NCBI GenBank assembly: GCA_963768035.1
Contig: CAVYGJ010000007.1
Coordinates: 223,157 to 287,156 of the forward strand
Source: an uncultured Chloroflexia bacterium
Lineage (GTDB): Bacteria; Chloroflexota; Limnocylindria; Limnocylindrales; CSP1-4
Direction of reading: 5' to 3'
Length of the DNA: 64,000 bases
Notes under the pieces: model-generated
The model's database searches: none
What the model was told of the DNA's origin: nothing
The model's input: the letters and a program-made list of their open reading frames with translations, nothing else
Shown: one piece after another, positions 1 to 10,255 of the stretch
Numbering within the stretch: the stretch's first letter is position 1
Layout: the number at the start of each line of letters is the position of its first letter
Translations under genes and position numbers: made by a program

Positions 1-264
1 CGATCCCGGTGCCGTCGCCCGTCCAGGGAGCACCCGCGAGCACCGGGCCACGGGGCACGTACGCCGAGCCGCCGCCGACCATCCGCCACGGCCGGACGAG
101 CACGAGCGCCCGGGTGTCGCCGACCGCGTGGAAGCGCGCCTCCCAGCCCGTCGCCTCGCGATGCGCCGCCCACGCCCGTGACTGGAGGACGTGGCCGCCC
201 TCGACGTCGACCGCCGCGGCGTCCCAGCCGTCGAGGTCCGCGCCCTCGAGGCGCCGGACGTCGG

Positions 265-1379
265 TCACGCGTCTCCCCCGCCGTCGCCCCCGTATCCCGC
301 GGCCGACTGCCCGCCACCGCCGCGAAGGCCGTGACGGAAGCGCTCGACGCGGACGCGGGTGCCCTGGGCGACCGCGAACGTGCGGCGGCCAAGCGGGTCG
401 AGCACGAGGTCCCACGCCCCGACGTAGTGGATCTCGCGCCCGCCGAAGCCCGTCTTGAAGTGGGCGATGCCCGCGTGGGCGAGGCCCCACAGGTCGTAGC
501 TCGTGGCGCCCTGCTCCTTCGAGCTCCGGATCGCCTCCCACTTGAGCAGGTAGTTCGCGCGACTCTCCGCGCCGGCCTGGGTCATCCCGCCGTAGGGCTC
601 CACGACGCGGGACCCGGCGCGGACGAGGAACAGCGTCGCGACCGGCGTCCCGTCGGCCAGCTCCGCGAACAGCAGGCGGGCACGGCCGGCGGGGCCGTAG
701 GCGTCCCACACGTCGCGGTAGGCGGACTTCGCCCGGATCAGGAACCCGGCCCGGTCCGCGGTCTCGCGGTAGATCGAGTAGAACTCGTCGAGGCGCTCCG
801 GGCCGGCGTCCACGACGCGCACGCCGCCCGAGCGGGCCTTGTTCACGTACTGGCGCCACTTCTTGCGCAGGTCGCCCCACAGGGCGTCCTCGTCGGCCGC
901 GAGGTCGATCGCCCGGGTCGAGACGGGCTGGATCGCCGGCAGCGGCGCGCCAGCCCGCGGCCTCGAGGGCTCCCGTGACGGCTCCGTCGACGTCACGGTC
1001 GCCGCCCCGCTCGATCTCGGGGTCCACGCGCAGGTGGCTGACCCGGCCCGCGCCGCGCAGGCCGTCCCGGGCGAGGTCCGTGAAGCGCGCGACGGTCGCC
1101 GCGTCCCACGACGCGAGGACCGGGCCGCGCGGCGCGTAGGCGAACGCCCAGGGCAGCGGCCCCGGGCGCCGGAGGAGGACCTGGGCGCCGGCGCCGCCCG
1201 GCGCGTCGAGCAGGCGACGCGCCGACCAGCCGTTGACGGCCTTGACGCGCGCCCAGCCGTCGAGCTGGAGATAGGAGCCGAGCGGGTTCCCCTCGACGAA
1301 CGCGTCCCAGGTCAGCGACGTCGGGCGACCCGGCGCCGTCGGTCCCGCCGGGGGCGGCCTCGGGCGGGCTGGCCGTCAT
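265..1379 (-). CDS. FemAB-family peptidoglycan interpeptide-bridge aminoacyl transferase (FemX-like). The frame is interrupted by at least one frameshift around 950-990, and the start is uncertain.
   Basis: ORF 265-996 (243 aa) carries C-terminal FemAB hallmarks (RAIDL, KKWRQYVNKARSGG, LLKWEAI, IHYVGAWD). The N-terminal FemAB-like stretch SLTWDAFVEGNPLGSYLQLDGWARVKAVNGW... reads upstream to about 1376 in a different frame. Confidence 0.55.
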
Positions 1380-2890
1380 GCGCGGCCCTTTCGGCGGAGG
1401 AGGTCGACCACGAGCCCGACGATAGTGCGCAGCTCCTCGATCCGCAACGCAGCCGACGCCGCGAGGATGACAACGCCGCCGCAGATCGTGGTGATCGCCG
1501 TGCGGACGAGCAGGAGCAGGAAGCCCGGGTCCTCGCCCCACGCGCCCAGGAGCGCCTCGTACACGAGCCACGCGACCGCGGCGCCGAGCGCCGATGCCAC
1601 GAGCGCCTTCGTCATCACGACCGCGACGTGCCCCAGCCCGAGGCCCGGGACGCGCCGCCGCAGGAGCACGACGAGCATCAGCAGCTCCAGCCACGCGGCG
1701 ACGGCGATCGCGGCGGCGAGGCCCGCGACGCCGTACTGGCCCACGAGCGCGTTCGCGACGACGATGTTGACCACGACCGCGAGCAGCGCGGCGGCGACGG
1801 GCGTCGCGGTGTCCTGGAGCGCGTAGAAGGCCCGCGCGACGACGGCGATGAGCGAGTGCGCCGTCAGCCCGACGAGGAACACGGCGAGCGTCCTCGCGGT
1901 CAGCTCCAGCGCGCTGTCGCCGATCGACCCGTAGTCGAACAGGAGCCGGGTCACGTCCTCGGCCACGACGATCCCGAGCGCGGCGACCGCGATCATCACG
2001 AGGCCGAGCATCGACAGGCCGCGGACGAGCAGCCGCCGGAAGGCGTCCATGCCGCCGGTGGCGGCCTCGCGCGACAGCGACGGGAGCAGGACCACCCCCA
2101 GCGGCACGCCGATCACGCCGATCGGGATCTGGAGGACAGCGAAGGCGAAGTTGAAGACGGCGATCGAGCCCTCGCCGAGCGTGGACGCGAGGCCGGTCAT
2201 GACGAGGAACACGACCTGCGTCGCGCCGAGGCCGAGCGCCCGGGGCGCCATGAGGATCAGCGCCTTGCGCGCCTCGGGGTCCCCGAGCTCGAGCCGGGGC
2301 AGGATCCGGGCGCCGATCCGGGCGAGCGACGGCAGCTGGACGAGCACGTGGCCCGCCGCGCCGAGCACGACGCTGAGGGCGAGGCCGTTGATCCCGAACA
2401 GCGGCACGAGCACGATCGCGCCGAGGATGATCGCGATGTTGTAGACGAGCGGGGCGACCGCGGCCGCGCCGAACCGGCCGCGCGCGTTGAGGGCGCTCGT
2501 CGCGACCGCGCCCGCGGCCAGGAACAGCGGCGAGAGGACCATGATCCGGGTGAGCTCGGTCGTGAGCGCCAGCTCGTCCGCGTCGAAGCCCGGGGTGATG
2601 AACGCGACGAGCTGCGGGGCGAACAGCAGGACGACACCCGCGAGCACCAGGAGCGCGCTGAGCATGAGCGTCGTGACCGTCGAGACGACCCGCCACGCCC
2701 GCGCCTCCTGCTCGGTCGCGAACAGGCCCGCGATGACGGGGATCAGCGCCGACGAGAGCGCGCCGGCCGCGACCAGCTGGAACAGGAAGTCGGGGATCCG
2801 GAACGCCGCGAAGAACGAGTCGAGCTGGCTCGGGTCCGGGACCGCGTTCGCGATGACGACGTAGCGCAGGTAGCCCAGGATCCGCGACAC
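1376..2890 (-). CDS. murJ: Lipid II flippase MurJ (MviN/MOP family). The N-terminus probably extends about 15-20 aa upstream, but there is no canonical in-frame start codon there.
   Basis: 504-aa polytopic membrane ORF with the MurJ N-terminal signature (SRILGYLRYVVIANAV...DSFFAAFRIPDFLFQL...SALIPV). The in-frame upstream residues ITVTLLFLV also look like MurJ. Confidence 0.8.
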   Translation of the reverse strand: MSRILGYLRYVVIANAVPDPSQLDSFFAAFRIPDFLFQLVAAGALSSALIPVIAGLFATEQEARAWRVVSTVTTLMLSALLVLAGVVLLFAPQLVAFITPGFDADELALTTELTRIMVLSPLFLAAGAVATSALNARGRFGAAAVAPLVYNIAIILGAIVLVPLFGINGLALSVVLGAAGHVLVQLPSLARIGARILPRLELGDPEARKALILMAPRALGLGATQVVFLVMTGLASTLGEGSIAVFNFAFAVLQIPIGVIGVPLGVVLLPSLSREAATGGMDAFRRLLVRGLSMLGLVMIAVAALGIVVAEDVTRLLFDYGSIGDSALELTARTLAVFLVGLTAHSLIAVVARAFYALQDTATPVAAALLAVVVNIVVANALVGQYGVAGLAAAIAVAAWLELLMLVVLLRRRVPGLGLGHVAVVMTKALVASALGAAVAWLVYEALLGAWGEDPGFLLLLVRTAITTICGGVVILAASAALRIEELRTIVGLVVDLLRRKGRA

Positions 2891-3037
2891 GAGGAACAGG
2901 AGCGTGACCGTGATCCCGGCCCGCGCGAGGGCACGGGTCCGCGACGAGCCGGGCCGGCCCGGGTCCTCGGGCGCTTCGCCGCCCGACGACTGCGTCGCCG
3001 GCCGTGGACGCGCCGGTGATCGTGCCCTCGTCCTCCA

Positions 3038-4024
3038 TCAGGTCGACCGTGCCCGGGGGTGCGCGTCCCGGTAGGCCTCGCGCAGGCGGCCCGGCGACAC
3101 GTGGGTGTAGATCTGGGTCGTGGCGAGGCTCTCGTGGCCCAGGAGCTCCTGCACGACCCGCAGGTCCGCCCCGCCCTCGAGGAGGTGGGTCGCGAAGCTG
3201 TGGCGCAGCGTGTGGGGGCTCACGCCCTCGGGGAGGCCCGCCGCGCGGCGCAGGCGGTCCAGGCGGCCGCGGAGCCCCCGGACGCCGAGCGCACCGCCGT
3301 GGTGGTTGAGGAAGACGGCCGACAGCTCCTCGCCGCCCGCGGGCGCCCGGCGGGCGAGGACGGGGCGGGCCTCGTCGAGGTAGGCGCGCAGCGCCTCGCG
3401 GGCAGGCGACCCCAGCAGCCCGATCCGCTCCTTGCGCCCCTTGCCCAGGACGCGGATCTGGCCGCGCCGGAGGTCGAGGCTCGCGAGGTCCGCGGCCGCG
3501 AGCTCGCTGATCCGCAGGCCCGCCGCGTACGCGGTCTCGACGAGCGCCCGGTCGCGCAGGGCGATCGCGCGGGCGAGGTCCGCGTCGTGCCGTCCGCGGC
3601 CCATGCCCGTCGTTCCCCCGCCGGCGGCGTCGATCCGGTCGAGGTCGTCGTCGATCACCGCGAGCAGCGCCTCGACCTGCTCGACCTCGAGCACCTTCGG
3701 CAGGCGCCGCGGGAGCCTCGGCGTGGCGATCGCGCCCCACGGGTCGCCGGGCACGAGCCCCGACCGCGCGCTGAACCGGTAGAACGCGCGAATCGCGGCC
3801 AGGCGCTGGGCGACGGAGGTCTTCGCGTGGCCGTCGGTCAGGTCGGAGAGGTAGGCGCGCAGGACCGTCCGCCCCGGCGCGCGCCAGTCCGCTCCCCGCT
3901 CGTCGATCCAGGCGAGGTACGCGGTCACGGTCGACTCGTACGAGCGACGCGTGTTGGGCGAGGTGTCGCGCGCCTCGAGCGAGCGCATGAAGCGCCCCAG
4001 CGCGTCGTCGGAGGAGGCGCTCAC
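3038..4024 (-). CDS. Tyrosine site-specific recombinase, XerC/XerD family.
   Basis: C-terminal catalytic motifs are present (LRHSFATHLLEGGADLRVVQELLGHESLATTQIYTHV). The N-terminal SAM-like domain (TRRSYESTVTAYLAWI) follows a likely GTG start at 4024; the longer ORF back to 4159 is low-complexity read-through. Confidence 0.8.
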   Translation of the reverse strand: MSASSDDALGRFMRSLEARDTSPNTRRSYESTVTAYLAWIDERGADWRAPGRTVLRAYLSDLTDGHAKTSVAQRLAAIRAFYRFSARSGLVPGDPWGAIATPRLPRRLPKVLEVEQVEALLAVIDDDLDRIDAAGGGTTGMGRGRHDADLARAIALRDRALVETAYAAGLRISELAAADLASLDLRRGQIRVLGKGRKERIGLLGSPAREALRAYLDEARPVLARRAPAGGEELSAVFLNHHGGALGVRGLRGRLDRLRRAAGLPEGVSPHTLRHSFATHLLEGGADLRVVQELLGHESLATTQIYTHVSPGRLREAYRDAHPRARST

Positions 4025-4067
4025 GCCGCCGCGGCCCCGCGGGTTGCAGCCCGAGCCGGGGCCACGC

Positions 4068-6488
4068 TCACGCGGAGGCGCGCCGGGTCCCGGCCCCGGA
4101 GCGCGGCGCACCGCCCGTGCGGCCCCCGCGACGCGGACCCGCGGTCCGACCACCACCACCGCGCCGCGCGCCGCGCGCCGGTCGTTCGAGCGCCGCCGCG
4201 TTGGGCGGGCCGCCCGGGAGCTTGAGCCCGGCGAGCGGGCCCTCCGGGAGCGGCACCTCCGCGCCGCAGGTCATGCACAGGCCGGCCTCGCCCCGCTTGA
4301 CGACCGCACCCTTGCCGTCGGTGTGGATGTCGTGCGTGGCGCCCGTGGGCTCGTCGTTGCTGGTGAAGTCGCACTTCGGGTAGTTCGAGCACCCCCAGAA
4401 GACGTTCCCGGTGCGCCGGGCGCGACGCGCGATGAGCGTCCCGTCGCCGTTCTTGGGGCAGGTGACCTCGAACGGCAGCTGGTCCGGGGGCGGCGGGCCG
4501 TCCTTGCGGATGTACGTGCAGTCGGGGTAGCGCGAGCAGCCGACGAAGGCGCCGAAGCGGCCGCGCTTCGTGGTCAGCGTCCCCTCGCCGCACGTGGGGC
4601 ACGTCTCGCCGTCGCCCTCGAGCTTCGGGGCCTCCTCGCCGGGGAGCGGCCGCGTCTCCTTGTGGTCGGGGTACGTCGAGCAGGCGAGGAACTTGCCGTT
4701 GCGACCGAGGCGGATGACCATCGGGTGGCCCTCGGAGCACACCTCGTCGGTGGCCTCGGTGGTGAAGTCCGCCCGCTTGAGCTCCTTGCGCTTCTCGTCG
4801 ACGCGCGTCTTGAGCGGGCCGAAGAACGCGCGGAGCAGCGGGACCCACTCGCGCTCGCCACGGGCGACCTCGTCGAGCTCCTCCTCCATGCGGGCCGTGA
4901 ACGCGAGGTCCACGTACTCGCCGAAGTGGGCCACGAGCAGGTCCGTGACGATCTCCCCGATCTCCTCGGGGTGGAGCCGGCGCTCCTCCACGCGGACGTA
5001 GCCGCGCTCCAGGATCGTCGAGATGGTGGCCGCGTACGTCGACGGCCGGCCGATGCCGTGCTCCTCGAGCGCCTTGATCAGGGTCGCCTCGGTGTAGCGG
5101 GGCGGGGGCTCGGTGAAGTGCTGGGTCGGGGTGACCTCGCGGACCGCGGTGACCTCGCCCTCCTTGAGCGGCGGGAGCGTCTGCTCGGCCTCCTCGGCGG
5201 CGTCGTCGAGCCCCTCGGTGTAGACCCGGGCGAAGCCGTCGAACAGCGTCCGCGTGGCCGAGGCGCGCAGGCGGTACGGCCCGCCGACCAGCTCCGCGGT
5301 CGAGGTCTCGAGCTCCTTGGGCGCCATCTGGGACGCGATCGCGCGCTGCCAGATGAGCCGGTAGAGCCGCAGCTCCTCGGCCTTGAGGTGTGCGCGCATC
5401 GAGTCCGGGTCCCGCGTGAACGACGTCGGCCGGACCGACTCGTGCGCCTCCTGGGCGCCCTTCGCCTTCGTCTTGTAGAAGCGGCCCTTGCCGGTGCCGT
5501 AGCGCTCGCCGAAGCGGTCCTTGATCACCTGCTGCGCCTCGGCCATCGCCACGCCGGCGATCGCGGTCGAGTCCGTCCGCATGTAGGTGATGAGGCCGAC
5601 GTGCCCGTCCGGCGTGTCAACGCCCTCGTACAGCCGCTGGGCGATCGACATCGTCCGCTTGGGGCTGAAGCCGAGCTTGCGGCTCGCCTCCTGCTGGAGG
5701 GTGCTGGTCGTGAACGGCGGCGCGGGGTTGCGCTTCGAGGTGCGGGTCGCGAGCGACTCGACGACCGGCGACAGGGCGCGGATCGCGGCCGCGTGCCGCT
5801 CGGCGGTCTCGCCGTCGCCGACGTCGACGGCCTTGCCGTCGATCCGCACGAGGTCGGCCGTGAACGTCGTCCCGTCCGCCGTCGCGAGCAGCGCCTCGAG
5901 CGTCCAGTACTCGCGTGCCGTGAACGCCCGGATCTCGCGCTCGCGCTCGACGACCATCCGCACCGCGACCGACTGCACGCGGCCGGCCGACAGGCCACCG
6001 CGCACCTTGCGCGACAGGAGCGGGCTCAGCGTGTACCCGACGAGGCGGTCGACGATCCGGCGCGCCTGCTGCGCGTCGACGAGGTCCTGGTCGATGTCGC
6101 GCGGGCTGGCGAACGCCTCGCGGATCGCGCCCTCGGTGATCTCGCTGAAGGTGACCCGGCGGCGCTTCGCCTGGGGGACGTTGGCGGCCTCGGCCACGTG
6201 CCACGCGATCGCCTCGCCCTCGCGGTCGAGGTCGCTGGCGAGCCAGACGTCGTCGGCGCCGCGGGCGGCCTTCTCGATCGCGGAGACCTGCTTGCGCCGG
6301 TCGTCGGGGATCACGTAGTCGGGCTCGAAGTCGTGGTCGACGTCGACGCCGAACTTGCCCTTGCCCGGGTTCTCGGGCAGGTCGCGGACGTGGCCGTACG
6401 ACGCGAGGACCTGGTAGTCCGAACCGAGGTAGCGCTCGATCGTCCGCGCCTTGGCGGGCGACTCCACGATCACGAGATGCTTGGGCAT
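4068..6488 (-). CDS. topA: DNA topoisomerase I (type IA) with C-terminal zinc-ribbon repeats.
   Basis: Intact 806-aa ORF with a Toprim start (MPKHLVIVESPAKA), active-site region (TYMRTDS), TopA core motifs and C-terminal Cys4 repeats (CPTCG, CSRYPDC, CSNYPKC). Confidence 0.95.
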   Translation of the reverse strand: MPKHLVIVESPAKARTIERYLGSDYQVLASYGHVRDLPENPGKGKFGVDVDHDFEPDYVIPDDRRKQVSAIEKAARGADDVWLASDLDREGEAIAWHVAEAANVPQAKRRRVTFSEITEGAIREAFASPRDIDQDLVDAQQARRIVDRLVGYTLSPLLSRKVRGGLSAGRVQSVAVRMVVEREREIRAFTAREYWTLEALLATADGTTFTADLVRIDGKAVDVGDGETAERHAAAIRALSPVVESLATRTSKRNPAPPFTTSTLQQEASRKLGFSPKRTMSIAQRLYEGVDTPDGHVGLITYMRTDSTAIAGVAMAEAQQVIKDRFGERYGTGKGRFYKTKAKGAQEAHESVRPTSFTRDPDSMRAHLKAEELRLYRLIWQRAIASQMAPKELETSTAELVGGPYRLRASATRTLFDGFARVYTEGLDDAAEEAEQTLPPLKEGEVTAVREVTPTQHFTEPPPRYTEATLIKALEEHGIGRPSTYAATISTILERGYVRVEERRLHPEEIGEIVTDLLVAHFGEYVDLAFTARMEEELDEVARGEREWVPLLRAFFGPLKTRVDEKRKELKRADFTTEATDEVCSEGHPMVIRLGRNGKFLACSTYPDHKETRPLPGEEAPKLEGDGETCPTCGEGTLTTKRGRFGAFVGCSRYPDCTYIRKDGPPPPDQLPFEVTCPKNGDGTLIARRARRTGNVFWGCSNYPKCDFTSNDEPTGATHDIHTDGKGAVVKRGEAGLCMTCGAEVPLPEGPLAGLKLPGGPPNAAALERPARGARRGGGGRTAGPRRGGRTGGAPRSGAGTRRASA

Positions 6489-6587
6489 GGCGGCCGGGAG
6501 TGTAGCACCGGCCCACTTGCCGCCCGCTTATCCGATCCCCGTCGACGACCCCGGCCCGAAGGGCCGAAGCGGACGCGGTCAGATGTC

Positions 6588-7038
6588 GCGGATGCGCTGG
6601 AGGAAGCCCTCGTCGATCTCGAGCTCGAGGTCGGCGTCCTCGTCCGGGCCGGGCTCCGGGGCGCTGACGGCGACCGGCAGGAGCGACCGGTTCTTCCCGT
6701 CCGCGTGCGCGGCGTCGTCGGCCGGCAGGCCGTGCGCCGTCGTCCGCGGCGTCGCCGCCGTCGGGCTGCGTCGTGACCATCTGGCGGGCTCGTCCCGGCA
6801 TCCCGCCGCCCGACGCGCGGTGCGCCGCCATCTCGGCCTCGGGGATCTCGAGGAACCGGACGATGTGGTACGGGAAGAAGAACGTCGAGCCGATGGCGTC
6901 GATGAACACCGGCCGCTTGCCGTCCATCGAGCGCACGTTGGTGCACACGAGCCCGGCGTCGTCGGCGCTCGGCAGCTCGTACAGGTCGGCCATGAGCGGC
7001 TGCTCGTTGGACACGTGGATGCAGACGTTGCGGATCAC
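6588..7038 (-). CDS. Conserved hypothetical protein of about 150 aa, frameshifted near 6700.
   Basis: The N-terminal frame (MIRNVCIHVSNEQPLMADLYELPS...FFFPYHIVRFLEIPEAEM) has no stop until deep inside topA. A second frame gives a plausible acidic C-terminus (…GKNRSLLPVAVSAPEPGPDEDADLELEIDEGFLQRIRDI*) ending at 6588. Confidence 0.4.
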
Positions 7039-7108
7039 GTCGCCATGCTGGGCCGCCCGGTGACCCGCGTCACCGGCCCGATGGTCCCATCCCGTCGGGG
7101 ACGACCGG

Positions 7109-8768
7109 TCAGCCGCCGTAGAAGTCGATGACCAGCCGGACGCGGCCGCCCGAGACCCAGACGCCGATGCCGACCTGGCGGAAGCCCGGGTTCATGAGGT
7201 TCCGGTAGTGGCCGCCGTTGTACGGCTTCTCGCGCTGGTAGAACAGGTGCGTCCCGAGCACGGCGCTGTACGGGTTGCCGCTGCGGCAGCCGATGTTCTC
7301 GCCCCAGTTGTAGCCGGTCCAGCCCGCGGCGCGGAGGCGGTCACCAGGGTTGCCGCCGATGAAGTGGTCGCACGCGCCACGGGTCGCGAGCAGCCGGGCG
7401 TAGGGCCGCGAGACCCGTGCCGACATCGACCCGTTGAGGCTGAGCGCGGCGACGTCGCGGCCGCCTGGGCCCGAGCACGCCCCCGACGAGGTGACCCAGC
7501 CGCCGGTCCGGGTGCAGTTCATGAGCCGCAGGTAGTACTGCTCGACCGCGAGCCAGCTGCCGTTGACGGCCCCTGCCGCGCCGGTCGGGATGCCGAACGC
7601 GTCGACCGCCGGCTTCGGGACGACCGCGAACCTGGCGCGGGTCGTGCCGCCGACGTCGGCGCCGGCCGCGGATCGAGCGGTCCGGTCCACGCTGACGGTG
7701 ACCTTGGCCCCGTACGGGAGCTGCTTCTTCGGGTGGAACACGAGCGTCCTGCCGTCCCGGGACCAGGTCTCGCGCCCGGCCACGGCCTTGCCGTCCGCGG
7801 TCACGTGCACGGCGTCAGCGGTTCGCGACCGGTCCATCGGCAGGGAGAACCGGAGCGTGATCGTCGCCTTGCGCTTCACGCGGGTGGCGTCGTCCCGCGG
7901 CCGGATCGACGTCACGGCCGGCGCGGCGACCGAGTGGACCTTGACCGCGTCCATCGGCTGGAACGGGACCCCGGAGGTGTCCACGAGCCCCTCGAGCCAC
8001 AGGCGGTAGTCGGTGTCGGGTGCCAGCGTGCCGAACGGCTCGAACCGGAAGACGCCCGGCGTCGCCTCCGCGACGAGGTCGCCCGCGAGCGGCGGATAGG
8101 AGCGGATCGCGGCCTGCACCGCCGCAGCCGTCGCCGGCCGGTCGAGCCGGATGCGGAACGAGGTGTTCAGGCGGACGGACGTCGGCGTCGCCATCGTGGG
8201 CGCGAGGTCGACGATGCCCGCGCCATCGGTGAGGACCACGCTGCGCACGGGTGCCGCGAGCGCCCCGCCCTCGGCGCTGCGTGCCGCCGGGCCGACCTGC
8301 ACGCGGTAGAGCGTGTCCGGCGTCCACGCGGTCGTGGGCACGAGCGTGGCGACCCGCCCCGCGGCGTCCCAGGTGATCGTGTACGGGGCGGAGGGCTCGA
8401 GACGGAGCGCTCGGCTCACGGACGCGCGGTCCATCGGCTGGTCGAACTCGACCCGGAACGGCGACGACGGATCGTGCGCGGTGCCGATCGAGACGAACAG
8501 CGCGGCCGACACGGGGGCGGGCTGCGAGACGGGAACCGCGACGCCGGACGCCGGGGGGAGGGCGACGGCGACGAGGATGGCCGCGGTTGCCGCGATGCCG
8601 AGCACGCCTGACGCGCGGACGACGGGACCGCGACGCGCCACTGACGCGACGAAACCACCGAGGACCACGGGCGCGGCGAGCAGCAGGGCACCGGGTTTCC
8701 GCAATACGTCGTCCTCCAGGCTGCCGACGCCGCGTGCCAGGAGCGTCGGGCGGCAGCCGCGAGGCATC
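7109..8768 (-). CDS. Secreted or membrane-anchored protein with Ig-like (Big/SbsA-type) repeats and a C-terminal CAP/SCP (PR-1, YkwD-like) domain.
   Basis: N-terminal basic stretch plus hydrophobic signal (RKPGALLLAAPVVLGGFVASVA), repeated beta-rich segments, and a C-terminus with CAP-like residues (GHYRNLMNPGFRQVGIGVW, WGENIG). The ORF region upstream of about 8768 belongs to DprA in another frame. Confidence 0.55.
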
Positions 8769-8870
8769 GATCGGGGGCTCGAGCCCGGCTGCCGGAATGA
8801 CCGGAAGAATACCACCGGGGCCGGGATCCGGCCGGTCGCGCCCCGGCGCCCATGGCCCGTCTCGACGCGG

Positions 8871-10190
8871 TCAGGCCGCCCGCTCCGGGTCGCGTGCCGG
8901 CGACCGTTCGAGGCGCCCGACGCGCGGCACGTGTGGCCGTGGGCGACCCGCCGCGGCGGCGAGCGGGCCCGCCGCGCGATACCTGCCGAACGTCTCGACG
9001 AGGAGGCCGCGGACCTCGAGCGCGGTGATGGCCCCGAGCACCGTGGCCCCGCCGAGGCCCGTCGCGGTGACGAGCTCGTCGACGCTCGTCCGGCCGGCGA
9101 CGACCTCCCGGGCGATCGCTCGCGCGACGGGCGGGAGCGACACGAGCACGGCCTCCGTGGACGCTCGGTCCGGCCTCGTGCCCGCCCCGGTCCGCGCTCG
9201 CCTTCGCGTGGGGCGCCACGCCGACGAGCCCGAGGTCGTCGAGGAGCTCCGGGATGCCCGCGACGATCCTCGCGTCGGGTCCGCCCTCGCGCAGGAAGGC
9301 GAGACACCCGGCGACCGACGGGTCGTCGAGTCGCCCCGGGACGATGAACAGGTCGCGGCCCTGCTCGAGCGCCCAGGCCGCGGTGGTCAGCGCCCCGCTC
9401 CGCGCACCGGCCTCGACGACGACCGTCGCGTCCGCGAGGCCGCTGATGATCCGGTTCCGGCGCGGGAACGTGCCCCGCGACGGCACGGTCTCGGGGGCGA
9501 ACTCGCTGACCACCGCTCCGCCGCCGTCGACGATGCGCCGGGCGAGGCCGCGGTGGGCGGCCGGGTACAGCCGGTCGTGTCCCCCGCCGATCACGGCGAC
9601 CGTCGGCGCGTCCGCACCGATGGCGGCGGCGTGGGCCGCCCCGTCGATCCCCATCGCGAGGCCCGAGACGACCGTCGCCCCGAGGCCGGCCACCGCGTCC
9701 GCGATCCGCGCCGCGGTGTTGCGGCCGATGGCCGTCGGGCGTCGGGTGCCGACGATCGCGACCGCGCGCTCGCGGTCCATCGACGACGCCGATCCTCGCA
9801 GCGTACAGGACCGGCGGGGGCAGCGCCACGCGTCGGAGCCGCGCCGGATACGCGTCGTCCGCCAGGACCACGACGCTCGACGCCGCTGCGCCGGACCGGG
9901 TCCAGGATCGGGGCCGGGTTGGCGGCAGCCGTCGCGATCGCCCGGGCGGTCTCGGCCGGGAACCCGCGCCCGCCGTCGGCGTCCGCGGCCGCCTCCACGA
10001 GCCTCGCGACGCCGCCGGGCTCGCACGCGGCGAGGAGCACGCCGCGGGCGGTCCCGTACGCCCCGATGAGCCGCCCGAACGTGACCGGCCCGACGCCCTC
10101 GGACTCCACCAGGACGACCCACGCGTCGCGCTCGGCCGCGTCGACCGACGTGACGCGGCCGCCGACGTCCGCGCCGTCGGGCATCGCCAT
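8871..10190 (-). CDS. dprA: DNA processing protein A (DprA/Smf), reading through three apparent frameshifts near 9150, 9800 and 9880.
   Basis: The N-terminal HhH/SAM region (ERDAWVVLVESEGVGPVTFGRLIGAYGTA), the linker (DDAYPARLRRVALPPPVLY), the Rossmann core (AVAIVGTRRPTAIGRN...VVSGLAMGIDGAAH...RNRIISGLADATVVVEA) and the C-terminal winged helix (VDELVTATGLGGATVLGAITALEVRGLL) lie in three different frames that abut in the correct DprA order. Confidence 0.65.
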
Positions 10191-10255
10191 CCCGGGCCCG
10201 CCGAGGGCGGGCGCCTCGTCGCGGCCTCGCGGGCCCCATCGCCCGACGCCGAGCA

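Noticed and set aside
839-3740. Very long ORFs (726 aa at 839-3019 on the plus strand; 915 aa at 993-3740 on the minus strand) overlapping murJ and the xer gene.
   Set aside because: They are Arg/Gly/Pro/Asp-rich low-complexity translations typical of off-frame reading in 72% GC DNA, and they overlap well-supported murJ and xer genes. Only the last approximately 380 nt of the 915-aa frame (near 993-1376) may be the displaced FemAB N-terminus.
3038-4024. Possibility that the tyrosine recombinase marks an integrated mobile element or integron.
   Set aside because: The protein has the full XerC/D architecture and sits in conserved housekeeping context (murJ, topA). No attC-like, integrase-associated repeat or cargo genes were seen. 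It was treated as a chromosomal dimer-resolution recombinase.
3951-6776. 941-aa plus-strand ORF antisense to topA, plus several 100-470-aa ORFs in the same region.
   Set aside because: They are antisense or off-frame to an intact topoisomerase I gene, have low-complexity composition and no domain signatures.
8871-9149. 92-aa ORF that could be called as a separate small HTH protein.
   Set aside because: Its sequence is the canonical DprA C-terminal winged-helix domain and abuts the DprA Rossmann domain in an adjacent frame, so it was merged into dprA with a frameshift.
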